The translations under genes were made by a program, and so were the position numbers. Shown here one piece after another: positions 50,588 through 61,947 of a stretch of DNA of 64,000 bases. Numbering within the stretch: position 1 is the first letter of the stretch; the number at the start of each line of letters is the position of its first letter. Where the stretch lies: positions 38,874,001 to 38,938,000 of the forward strand of contig NC_042997.1 of NCBI RefSeq assembly GCF_006345805.1, in the 5' to 3' direction. The stretch is from Octopus sinensis. Its lineage: Eukaryota. Below the pieces are notes generated by a model, which saw only the letters and a list, made by a program, of their open reading frames with translations, searched no databases and was not told the DNA's origin.

Positions 50588-50717
50588 TACAGGGTAAATG
50601 TTTTTAAATTTTCTCCTGGTTTACGGAATTGATGTTATTTTGCGGTTAAAGCTTTTGGCTGTTATTTCTAGTGGGTGAATGGCCTATTATGGCCGTTCCT
50701 TGATTGTGATGTTGATA

Positions 50718-50750
<33 letters not shown>

Positions 50751-50771
50751 TTATTTATATTTATTTATATT

Positions 50772-50822
<51 letters not shown>

Positions 50823-51704
50823 CTCAAAATAAGCAACAAGAATGACTCCAGTAATTTGGGACGATCGTTTCGTACTATATCATTTTATTAAATGTTGTAA
50901 GTAATACAACAGTTTTAAAATGCTGAGTACTCATCAGCCAATAATAGAGGTTTTCCATTAATACAAAAATTTTCATATCAAGTGGCAACATTATAGAGAA
51001 GGTAGATACATAGACAAAGATGTGGATTTAAATTTTAAGAACATTTGGGGTAGTGGAGCTACATACATATATATGCGTATGTTATAAAATTTGTGTTGGC
51101 AGAGACATTAAGTTTCCATAACTGTTTATTTAACTAGAGTGATTGAATAAGCTGTCAGACAAAGCCTAAAGATACATTCAAGACGAATTTTATAATAAAC
51201 TTAATTCTACTTTCAGTATTATATCACTGCCAACAATAAAAGTTATCATCAAGTAATAACGTTAACGTAATGTGAGCATGTACGTATGTATGTACGATAC
51301 AAGCAAAAAAAATGTAACCAATACAATTTTAGTTTATTAACCGAAATTTTGTAGCAATGCGTACGCAAGAACTCTGCAGGTGGTTGGTTCTACGACATTA
51401 TCTGCATGTGAATTAAACAAACGCAGAGAATCGACCTTCTGTATAGTTCATGAAGAAAATACGGAACATTTACCAAAGTTGTCTCGAACTTAAAATAACA
51501 TGCATTCTCCCTAGTTTTCTGTATTTTGGTGGGGCTTCATCTGAATATTTTCAGTTTTTGGTTTCTTTATGTGTATCATGTACATATATGTATACATGTA
51601 TATGTATCACGCATATACGCACACAAATACACACACACATATACCTACAAATACATATACATATATATATATATATGTATATGTATATATTTTTTTTTCA
51701 AAAT

Positions 51705-51906
51705 GTGACCGCGTGTGTACCGTTGGCGATTTTTTTCCTGTCTTCGCTTCTCTGGATCTTTCCTTCTCCTATGTTTCCGACGAAGAGCTCCGCTCGAAAC
51801 GTTAAACCCTCCTTCTTTCCTTCTTTCCTGAGCGTCTAATAATACTATATTTGTTCCACGTCCTCGCGTTGTTGTGTTTTTTTTTTGTGCTTTCTTGTTT
51901 GGATTA

Positions 51907-51908
<2 letters not shown>
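51705..51908 (+). mobile_element. Second copy of the ~215-bp minimal-hammerhead element
   Basis: Homologous to 33066-33281; lies between TA tracts. Confidence 0.8.
51773..51807 (+). ncRNA. Minimal type I hammerhead (core CCGACGA)
   Basis: GTTT-CCGACGA-A-GAGC(TCC)GCTC-GAAAC-GTT-AAAC. Confidence 0.62.
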
Positions 51909-51974
<66 letters not shown>

Positions 51975-52000
51975 GAGAAAGAGAGAGAGTGATAGGGCAT

Positions 52001-52075
<75 letters not shown>

Positions 52076-52417
52076 AGAGGGATAAAGAGAGAGAGAGAGT
52101 GATAGGGCAGTATGTACACAAATCAATCTAACCAATTTAGTTACACCCGTTTCTTATATTGGATTACAATCAGTTTCTCCGGAGACAATTAAAGACAGCT
52201 CTCGGAAAGTGAAATCCGAACAAGTATTTTAATGTAGTCTGTACGATCCTTGATTCTCTGCTAAGGGAGTTGTTGTATAGGAAGACAAAGTGTTTTCAAT
52301 CCACTTTTACATACATTATTGGCTATGTAGATCTATCCTGATCAGTCAGGAATGCAAATGTTTGATTACATACAGTCTCATCACAGGCCTGAAATAAACA
52401 GATTTTGGAAATAAACA

Positions 52418-52815
52418 GCGCAGGAGTGGCTGTGTGGTAAGTAGCTTGCTAACCAACCACATGGTTCCGGGTACAGTCCCACTGCGTGGTATCTTGGGCA
52501 AGTGTCTTCTGCTATAGCCCCGGGCCGACCAATGCCTTGTGAGTGGATTTGGTAGACAGAAACTGAAAGAAGCCTGTCGTATATATGTATATATATATAT
52601 GTATGTGTGTGTATATGTTTGTGTATCTGTATTTGTCCCCCTAGCATTGCTTGACAACCGATGCTGGTGTGTTTATGTCCCCGTTACTTAGCGGTTCGGC
52701 AAAAGAGACCGATAGAATAAGTACTGGGCTTGCAAAATAATAAGTCCCGGGGTCGAGTTGCTCGATTAAAGGCGGTGCTCCAGCATGGCCGCAGTCAAAT
52801 GACCAAAACAAGGAA
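52418..52815 (+). mobile_element. SINE family A
   Basis: Full copy. Confidence 0.92.
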
Positions 52816-54079
52816 AAAAAGAAAAACAGAAAAAGAGCATTTACATATGCATCGAAATTATAAAGCAACAACAGAGTTTTTTCCTTTTTTTTTTGGAAAA
52901 TGTAAACAAATAGAATATACAAACAAATAAAGATATTTTACTTGGAAGTGATAATAATAGAAGATACACAATATCAAACGAATGTCTAAGTAGATTATTA
53001 TGAAACTTGTTTGCACGTAAATTTTTAATTGAATTCAGAGAATGAAATTTTTTGATTAACATTCTTATCAGTCCTAGAAACTAATGGAAAATAAAGAAGG
53101 TAAATTTTTCCAAAATAATCAGATAACCTAAATTCATTATTATCTGCAATCAAAGTATGAGAAGATACAGAAGACAACAGACAATATTCATATTAAAAGT
53201 GAAGTATCAAATCTCACTTAAAAATTCTACAGTTTGTCGACAAAATGGCCTCTTCTATTAATCTTCTTTGCGTCAGTTGTCTGCACAATATATAGAAAGA
53301 AAATAATTAAAACTATTACGAGACAGAAATAAAAACATACTGAGCATGACTTCAAAACTCGAATCTACGTAAATTTAATGTATACCTGGTTCGAATACGT
53401 AAAAGTAAAAATAAAAACACAGAGCCAAATGAGGCTAAGTGCACTTAATGAATATTGCTAGAAAAACGAATGTAAGAATATGAACTACTTTAAGAAAAGC
53501 AATTGAAAAAGAACCTAAAAAAAAATTATAGAAGCTCTATAGAAAGTCATTAATAAAGATGCAAGCAATACATATTGAACATTTTTAAATTAACATACTC
53601 CATACACACACACACACACACACACACCACACACACACACACACACACACGCACTCACACGCACACACAAATGCACTCACACTGTTTTACAAATATTACT
53701 TTCAAATATTACTTAAACAACAACGCAATTTCGTGAAGAAAATTATTGTAATGACCTGGTTTCTATAAAGTTTAAGAACTTTTGGAGAGAAATGTGAGCT
53801 TGAACAGCTTTGCACAAGTCACTCCTCACAGATTTTCTTTCTTTTTTTTTTTTTTAATGAGCACAAAGATTTGCGTTTTCTATGAGACTTTCTTAAAATA
53901 TTTCAATATGCAATATCGATTTCAAATTTTGACACAAGGACAACAATTTCGGTGGAGGAGAAAGCTGATTACATCAACCCCAGTATTCAACTGACATTTA
54001 TTCTATCGACACCTGGAGGATAAAAAGCAAAGTCGACAGCCGCAGAATTTGAACTTAGAACTTAAAGACAGAAGAAATG

Positions 54080-54311
54080 CCTATTTCTTTACTACCCACA
54101 AGGGGCTAAACACAGAGATGACAAACAAGGACAGACAGACGAATTAAGTCGATTATATCAACCCCAGTGCGTAACTGGTACTTAATTTATCGACCCCGAA
54201 AGGATGAAAGGCAAAGTCGACCTCGGCGGAATTTGAACTCGGAACGTAACGGTAGACGAAATGCCGCTAAGCATTTCGCCCGGTACGCTAACGTTTCTGC
54301 CAGCTCGCCGC
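54080..54311 (-). mobile_element. SINE family B
   Basis: Full copy, followed by a partial head duplication to ~54372. Confidence 0.88.
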
Positions 54312-54621
54312 TAAGAAATGCCGCTAAGCATTTTGCTCGGCGTTCTATCAATTCTGCCAGCTTGCTGCCTTATTTCGATATGTAATATAAATGAACAGAT
54401 ATTTAAAAGGAAAACAGGTTCGGTTTAGCAGCAAAATGATCGGAAACGTGTATTCGTAACTCGGAGTACTGGAATCGTGAGCCTTTTAGTTACAAATTTA
54501 TTCAAGAATACTCTTGAATAATTAAATTAATTTAGCTATTACATGATTTAATTTTTAATATATTGTTATTCTCTAGTCAAATTTAAATTAAATCTAAATT
54601 TCAACCAAATTTAGATTAACA

Positions 54622-54992
54622 TTAGCAGTATCGCCCGGCGTTGCTCAGGTTTGTAAGGGAAATAACTATAAAGCATTTTTAGAGAGTTATAGCCAAAAAA
54701 TAGCAAAAGAATTATGGTAAATTTTTTTTTGAGTTAAAAAAGGTTGAGTTGCGTCCCCTAGACAGTCTGTGGTTTGTTTCTGATTCTCGACCCCATGTCG
54801 ATTTTATTGATTTTTTTCAGAACTGGGGGAACTTTTCAAAATTTTCGCTGCGTTAGTTTTGAATTATGACATTGGGCTATGTGTGTGTCAAGTTTCATCA
54901 GAATCGGTTGAAAGCCGTGGTCAGGGTGAGGGTACAAGCAAACAGACACACAGAAACACGCACAGACAAACTGCCGTTTATATATAGAGAGA
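54622..54992 (-). mobile_element. Non-autonomous Helitron-like element
   Basis: On the minus strand: 5' TCTCTCTATATATA, and a 3' GC hairpin (CCTGAGCAACGCCGGGCG) about 8 nt before CTAA|T. Shares its first ~90 bp with 59477. Confidence 0.72.
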
Positions 54993-55760
54993 TTACGGTT
55001 CTTTCAAAATTGGTATGAATTTCCTCAATAAAATTCGTTTCTTTTTCTCTTCTTTTCATTTCATATGTGTTACAACGTTTATAAATTAGAAATATAAAGA
55101 AATATTTGTTTCAAATTTTTGCCCAAGGCCAGTAATTTCGAGGGAGGGGGTAAGTCGATAACATCGACTCCAGAGATCAACTGAGCTCATTTTATCGATC
55201 CCGAAGTATGAAAGGTAAAGTTAACCTCGGTGGAATTTGAACGGAGCATTTTCCCGGAGGACTAACGATTCCGCCTGCTCGTGGCCTTAATATAAAAAAA
55301 TATTTATGGCTGTATGCATGTACATACAAAATATATACATGCATATTTGTTTCAAATTTCTGCACAAGAACAACAATTTCATGGAAGGGGATAAGTCGAT
55401 TACATCGACCTCCTCCTCTCCGTGCCCAACTGGTACTTATTTTTATCGACCCAGAAAGAATGCAAAACACAGTTGAACTCGGTAGAATTCGAACTCAGAA
55501 TGTAAAAACGTGCGAAATGTGGCTAAAAATTTTGCCTGGCGTACTAATAATTCTGCCAACTCGCTGCCTTAGGTTTAGTTATAAGAAAAACAAAATTACA
55601 TAAACCTGATGGATTACTCTTTACTTTTGTAGAATACACATTTATTATTTTCAAATAAGAATATCATTGACAGTGTGTCGAAGTTTCAACCAGCTAAGCT
55701 ATCGTCGGACGCAGTCGAAGTCATTGTCAATAATATTCTTGTTTAATAATTACATATATA

Positions 55761-56191
55761 TATACAAAAATTCTATAATTATAAGCATAATTATAATTAA
55801 GGTTCAGCAAATTGCTTCACCACATACCGAAATTTAGAAATAGCAGTTAAATACTATTACTCTAGCATAAGATATCTCCGAGACAGCAATACTCGCAATT
55901 CACGTATTTAATGATTAGTACTCTCAAATTTGCAATTGAAATACTACACTGAAGACGGAAAAATTAAAAGTTTACATCTCTTTAATCCAGAAACGCGTAT
56001 GTGGTTGATCAAAGCCAGGTGGATTCATTATTTATTCTCTTTACCTACGTGAATTGAGAGTATTGTTGTTTGGGAGATATCTAATGGTAGAGGAATAGTA
56101 TTTAACTGTTATTTCTAAATTTCGGTAAGTGGTGAAGCAATTTGCTGAACTCTAATTATAATTATGCTGATAATTATAGAATTTTTGTATA
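55761..56191 (+). mobile_element. Hammerhead-containing element with ~146-bp inverted arms
   Basis: Arms 55761-55906 and 56046-56191 are diverged reverse complements; a hammerhead lies in the spacer. Confidence 0.85.
55943..56005 (+). ncRNA. Type I hammerhead ribozyme with palindromic stem III
   Basis: ACTACA-CTGAAGA-CGGA...TCCA-GAAAC-GC-GTA-TGTGGT. Stem I is 6 bp (one G-U), stem III is the ACGCGT palindrome, and the triplet is GUA. Confidence 0.8.
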
Positions 56192-56458
56192 AGGTTTCCG
56201 ATTAAAGTTCTTTTAACATACCGAACTGGCAAAATTATTAATTATTAATTAATTAATTAATTAATTTGACCCTTTATTATTATTGAAAGTATATATATAT
56301 ATATATAATTAATGTACATTTATGCACAAAAGAGGTGTCCTGTTAAGGTCATCTCTTTTGTGTAAAATGTACTCTAATTTTATATGAATATGTTGTCTAT
56401 TGACTATTTTATGCATGCTAGCCACTGGTAGAAAATTTCTCAAATTTTCCAACCCAAT

Positions 56459-56498
<40 letters not shown>

Positions 56499-56651
56499 AT
56501 GTATGTATGTATGTATGTATGTATGTATGTATGTATGTGCAGTGTGTTAGGTCTAGTTGCATAAAAAGGAAAAGAAAACATATTCCATCCAAAAATAAAA
56601 GTATTTTAAAAATCAAAAAATATCAATTAGATTATGGCTTTGAGATAACTA

Positions 56652-57641
56652 TTTACTCAAAGTAGCAGCCCTCAGCTTCCACTACGGCCTCAAGACGGCT
56701 CCAGAACCTGGCAATGCGTTCCTCACTCTGTCTCTGGGAAGATCTTCGTACACCTCTTTGATCTTGAACACCAGCTTGGCCTTAGAGTCGTAGGCAGAGC
56801 GGTTGATGCCTTTCTTAACGCGCTCCCACAAATAGTAATCTATGGGATTACAATCGAAAGAATTAAGAGACCAGAAGTATAAGGCTGGCAAAGTTGTAGA
56901 AATTCTCCGACAACCACTTCTGACACTTTCTGGAGATATGACAAGAGACCGAGACCTGATGCCACACATATGGCCTTCCAGGAGCAGCCTTCTCCAGTCA
57001 GGGTTCTTCACTGACCCCAGCAGTTTTATGTAACCGTCTAAATTGAGTCTTAAGCCCTGTTCAGAGATGTGAAGTTGCATGATGTCATTTTCACTGGAGA
57101 TACATCCAAAGTTTGGAGAAACCTGGTTTCCATAATACGTGGGACATCACATGAATTGTAAGCCAGCCATCGGCTGTCCTGGGTGTTGCACAACTGATAC
57201 TGGGAGAAATTCTTTTCATCTGAGAAAAACCAGATCATACCCGGCTCAGCAGGATACCACAGTTTGTACAGGCGCTTCTTTGCCTTTTCGGGCCGTTCCC
57301 CTTGGCCTTGGTCGTCAGAACGTTGTCCCTTTCTTCCTGCTGGTCATGGCCTCGTAGTCTCCGTTGCAGCTGTCCATGTCACGTCTTATAAAGCCTTTGC
57401 AATGTTCACAGAGCGACAGTCATGATGTCAGCATTTTGAAACTCAGCGCTAATTATCATGAAATTGATAAATCTTTTCCATTATTCAGATAGGTCCCAAT
57501 CCTCCATGTAAGCTAACTTTAATTTAACTACAGCTTTATTTCTGATGCTCTCCAACGCCGTTCACTGTTCACCAATACATGAAGCTATTCCTGAAAAAAA
57601 AAGCAGGCATAATAAATCTCAAATTTATCCCGAACCCCCTG
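56652..57641 (-). mobile_element. mariner-like (maT-type) transposon, decayed
   Basis: IWFFSDEKNF...WSLNSFDCNPIDYYLW...[14 protein letters not shown]; the third catalytic residue is D. One terminus is TA|CAGGGGGTTCGGGATAAATTTGAG at 57641; the other TIR was not found. Confidence 0.85.
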
Positions 57642-57761
57642 TATATGTGCATGTATGTATACATATGTTATAATATACTTCCATAAATATATTTTCAGTG
57701 AATCTTATTGTCATAAATGCATACGAAGAGAGACATAAATACATATATGCAAATACATATA

Positions 57762-57820
<59 letters not shown>

Positions 57821-58059
57821 ATCTCTTTCCCGTCCGTCTACTATCCAGCTAAAAACGCTGACTGTGAACTTTTTACTTGTTCTTTACTCTCTCTACATAT
57901 ATACATGTGTACGTGTGTAGATGTATGTATGTGGATGTGGCGTGTGTATGTGTGGATGTATGTGTATAGTTGTGTGTGTGCATGTACACACATATATAAG
58001 TATATATACATAGATAGATACATAAATATGTCTCACTGTTTCTCTCTCTCTCTCTCTCA

Positions 58060-58156
<97 letters not shown>

Positions 58157-58157
58157 T

Positions 58158-58196
<39 letters not shown>

Positions 58197-58269
58197 AACA
58201 GTGAGACATATATTTATATATCTATCTATGTATATATACTTATATATGTGTTTTAATATAATATAAAGT

Positions 58270-58538
58270 GAAGGCGCATGGCTCAGTGGTTAGAGCGTCG
58301 AGCTTACGATCGTGAGGTTGTGAGCTCGAATCCCGGACCGGGCTGCGTGTTGTGTTCTTGAGCAAGGCACTTTATTTCACGTTGCTCCAGTTCACTCAGC
58401 TGTAGAAATGAGTTGCGACGTCACTGGTGCCAAGCTGTATCAACCTTTGTCTTTCCCTTGGATAACATAGGTGGCATGGAGAGGGGAGGCTGGTATGCAT
58501 GGGCGACTGCTGGTCTTCCATAAACAACCTTGCCCGGA
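58270..58538 (+). mobile_element. SINE family E, 3'-truncated
   Basis: Matches 46109-46427. Confidence 0.88.
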
Positions 58539-58877
58539 ATATAATATATATATACATTTTAGGATGTATAATATTTGTAATAACTGCTCATGTTATTGAA
58601 AAACATTTATTGTTGTTGGGGCTGTCTACATTTAGTAGGAAAAAAACTTTAATGCAGCTGAAAAATTTTTTTTGAAGTAAATTTTTCTCTAGAGGAAGAA
58701 AATAATACAAACACATATAAAATACATCAATCATTTATTTTAACTTTCAGTCAGTATTAGTTGCGATCGCATGTATTTCATACTACATATCTTGTGAATA
58801 TTTCAATGTGCTTGTGTCTATCTTTTCTTATGTTTTGTGCAGAGTTTGATATGAGTCTTATTATGTGTGAATTTATA

Positions 58878-59284
58878 CTCTTTTACTCTTTTACTTGTTT
58901 CAGTCATTTGACTGCGGCCATGCTGGAGCACCGCCTTTAGTCGAGCAAATCGACCCCGGGACTTATTCTTTGTAAGCCCAGTACTTATTCTATCGGTCTC
59001 TTTTGCCGAACCGCTAAGTGACGGGGACGTAAACACACCAGCATCGGTTGTCAAGCAATGCTAGGGGGACAAACACAGACACACAAACACACACACACAC
59101 ATATATATATATGCATATATACGACAGGCTTCTTTCAGTTTCCGTCTACCAAATCCACTCACAAGGCTTTGGTTGGCCCGAGGCTATAGCAGAAGACACT
59201 TGCCCAAGGTGCCACGCAGTGGGACTGAACCCGGAACCATGTGGTTGGTTAGCAAGCTACTTACCACACAGCCACTCCTGCGCC
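58878..59284 (-). mobile_element. SINE family A
   Basis: Full copy. Confidence 0.92.
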
Positions 59285-59476
59285 TATCTATGCATATAGC
59301 ACGTTATTTTCATTTTCTTTGTCATTCAATAAAGCAGCTTCTGTGGATCAGATTTGCTTGACATTTTTTCATGCATGCTCTTAGATTACATGGGCCAAAC
59401 CATTTTTATCGTGACGCTGCGTAGGTTACTCTGAAAGTTAGAATAAATGACTTTGAATTTAGTATTATATAGATAA

Positions 59477-59874
59477 CTAGCAGTATCGCCCGGCGTTGCT
59501 CGGGTTTGTAAGGGAAATAACTATAAAGCATTTTTAGAGAGTTATAGCCAAAAAATAGCAAAAAAATGCATTAAAAATGGAAAAAAAATTATGGTAAATT
59601 TTTTTTTTAAATCGTTGACTCATCGTAGACATTTTTAGAGAGTTACTTCCCTTATATAATAGCGAAGAAATGCATTAAAATGGGGAAAAATGATGGTAAA
59701 TTATTTTTAAAATCGTAGACTCATCGTAGACGCGCGCTAATACCCAGAAGGGCTCGATATGAATCACGACTATAAGATACCCGGTTTTGGTTAAACTGCA
59801 CCACAAAATGTGGGAGTAGTTAGGAATCTAAATCGTAGGAGACAGACACACAACCTTACTTTTATATATAAAGA
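59477..59874 (-). mobile_element. Non-autonomous Helitron-like element
   Basis: On the minus strand: A|TCTTTATATATA at the 5' end, hairpin CCCGAGCAACGCCGGG, and CTAG|T at the 3' end. Confidence 0.8.
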
Positions 59875-60162
59875 TTAAGCGCCAAATGATATATAATGAT
59901 ATGTAATATATATTTTTCTGTACATTCAAAATGCAGGGATATAATATTTATCTCAGAATTTTATTACAGACACAGTAATTGGAAGTCATATAAATCGGAT
60001 TAATAGTAAATACAAACTTAAACATACATTTAAAGTATGAAAATAAAATAATCAAAAAGTTAGAAAATGTGCCAAAATTAGCTAGTATGCTAATTCACTA
60101 TCTAAATGGAAATTAAAGAACAAAAATATTTTTGCTCTGAAATTTTTTAGAAGTATCAAACA

Positions 60163-61122
60163 CGGATCTTTTCCGTTTCATGGGCAGCTCAATTAATTAA
60201 TTTTCTTCAACTAAATACTTTGAAAATTCGGATACTGGTAGAATGTGTCATATAGAACATCTTTTACTCTTAGCGTTGTTGGGAAAAGTTTCTATTTTCG
60301 AAGTTATTTCGTGTTAAAGTTGTCGTATTTCGGTAATTTCAATCAATCAATCAATGACTTGTATTCAGCTGAATAAAAGTACTGCTGTTGTTTGTCAACA
60401 ACAAATATCGGCGGTGTATATTTCCTTTGTCACTGTTATTTATGACACATTTCATCTCAGTTGCCTTCGGATGAATAAACGAGTGTATCTGAAGCATGTT
60501 TACTTCATGACACCACCATAATCGTTCGTGCATTTCTACTGCTTTTAGTTTTTTTTTTTTCCTGTTTTCAGCTATTTTCGGAAAGACTTCTTTCTGTTCC
60601 CACCACCACTACCACCATTTTCTCGCAAATTATTGTTTTTTTTTGTTTGTTTTTTTGCCAAAAATCCCCAAAACAGAAATTCCGGAAAATTGCCAAAAAT
60701 CGGAATTTTGAATTTTTTGCCCATCCTTACCCCTCCGCCTTCAATTTCCTCATTTTTGACTTTTGTCCGTAACCCTAACCCTAAATCCCTAACCCCAACC
60801 CTAAAACCTTAAAGCTAAAACCAGCACAAACGCACGAACGATGTCATAAATTACAATGACAAACGAAATATACACCACCGATAGTTGTTGTTGACAAACA
60901 ACAGCAGTAATTTTATTCAGCTGAATACACGTCATTAATTGGTTGAAATTACCGAAATACGACAATCTTAACACGAAATAACTTCGAAAATAGAAACTTT
61001 TCTCAACAACGCTAAGAGTAAAAGATGTTCTATATGACACATTCTACCAGTATCCGAATTTTCAAAGTATTTAGTTAAAGAAAATTAATTAATCGAACTG
61101 TCCATGAAAAGGAAAAGTTCCT
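60163..61122. mobile_element. Non-autonomous DNA transposon with ~290-bp TIRs and internal (CCCTAA)-like repeats
   Basis: 60163-~60450 is mirrored at ~60843-61122. The terminus CGGATCTTTTCC resembles the 20625 MITE. Degenerate telomeric hexamers lie at 60769-60808. Confidence 0.85.
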
Positions 61123-61565
61123 CAAAAATGAGTAATATATTAAAAGAATGGAGCCTGTGCACGGCTGAAGCAAAGTTATTTCTTCATGAACCCCTCACAC
61201 AACAAAAGCCCAAGAAGATTATATTAGGCAGTCACAAATTTCTTTAAAAATTCCTTTATTGTAAAGTGGATAAATTGATTTTTTCAAGTTTATTCGTCTT
61301 TGATCACTTCTATACTATCAACTTATTCTCTTATTGTTATAAACACTTCTGCCTTTCAACAATTAGGTTTAAAGATTAATATATCGATATTAAAGATATT
61401 TAAAGATTAATATATTCATCTAATCTTTCATGATTTAAAGATTAATGATTAATATTTTCAGCTGATCCTTCATTTTGATGTTACTGAATTTTCTTTTTTC
61501 CCCTTTTTTTTTCTCACTTACTGCATATAGTTTGTGTTGATGATGCTTACCTATACTCTGGGTCA

Positions 61566-61947
61566 GGAGGCACAATGGCCCAGTGGTTAGGGCAGCGGAC
61601 TCGCGGTCGTAGGATCGCGGTTTCGATTCCCAGACCGGGCGTTGTGAGTGTTTATTGAGCAAAAACACCTAAAAGTTCCACGAGGCTCCGGCAGGAGATG
61701 GTGGTGATCCCTGCTGTACTCTTTCACCACAACTTTCTCTCACTCTTTCTTCCTGTTTCTGTTGTACCTGTATTTCAAAGGGCCGGCCTTGTCACTCTCT
61801 GTGTCACGCTGAATATCCCCGAGAACTACGTTAAGAGTACACGTGTCTGTGGAGTGCTCAGCCACTTACACGTTAATTTCACGAGCAGGCTGTTCCGTTG
61901 GTCGGATCAACCGGAACCCTCGTCGTCGTAACCGACGGAGTGCTTCC
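61566..61947 (+). mobile_element. SINE family C
   Basis: Full copy; 13-bp TSD ATACTCTGGGTCA. Confidence 0.93.

Larger units (their letters stand above)
47447..50715. repeat. ~490-bp tandem array with one hammerhead ribozyme per monomer (retrozyme-like), inverted at 49772
   Basis: About 4.75 monomers lie in one orientation and about 1.9 in the other. Ribozyme spacings are 483, 489, 489, 491 and 490 bp. Both flanks are TA-rich. Confidence 0.95.

Noticed and set aside
47447-50715. CRISPR array or plain centromeric satellite
   Set aside because: Eukaryotic context, no unique spacers and no cas genes. The monomer is explained by a hammerhead and strand-specific RNA structure.
52860-53560. Very old LINE 3' remnant
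   Set aside because: Only A-rich texture and isolated Cys residues; not supportable.
60769-60808. True telomere or fusion scar
   Set aside because: Few, degenerate hexamers inside a TIR element.
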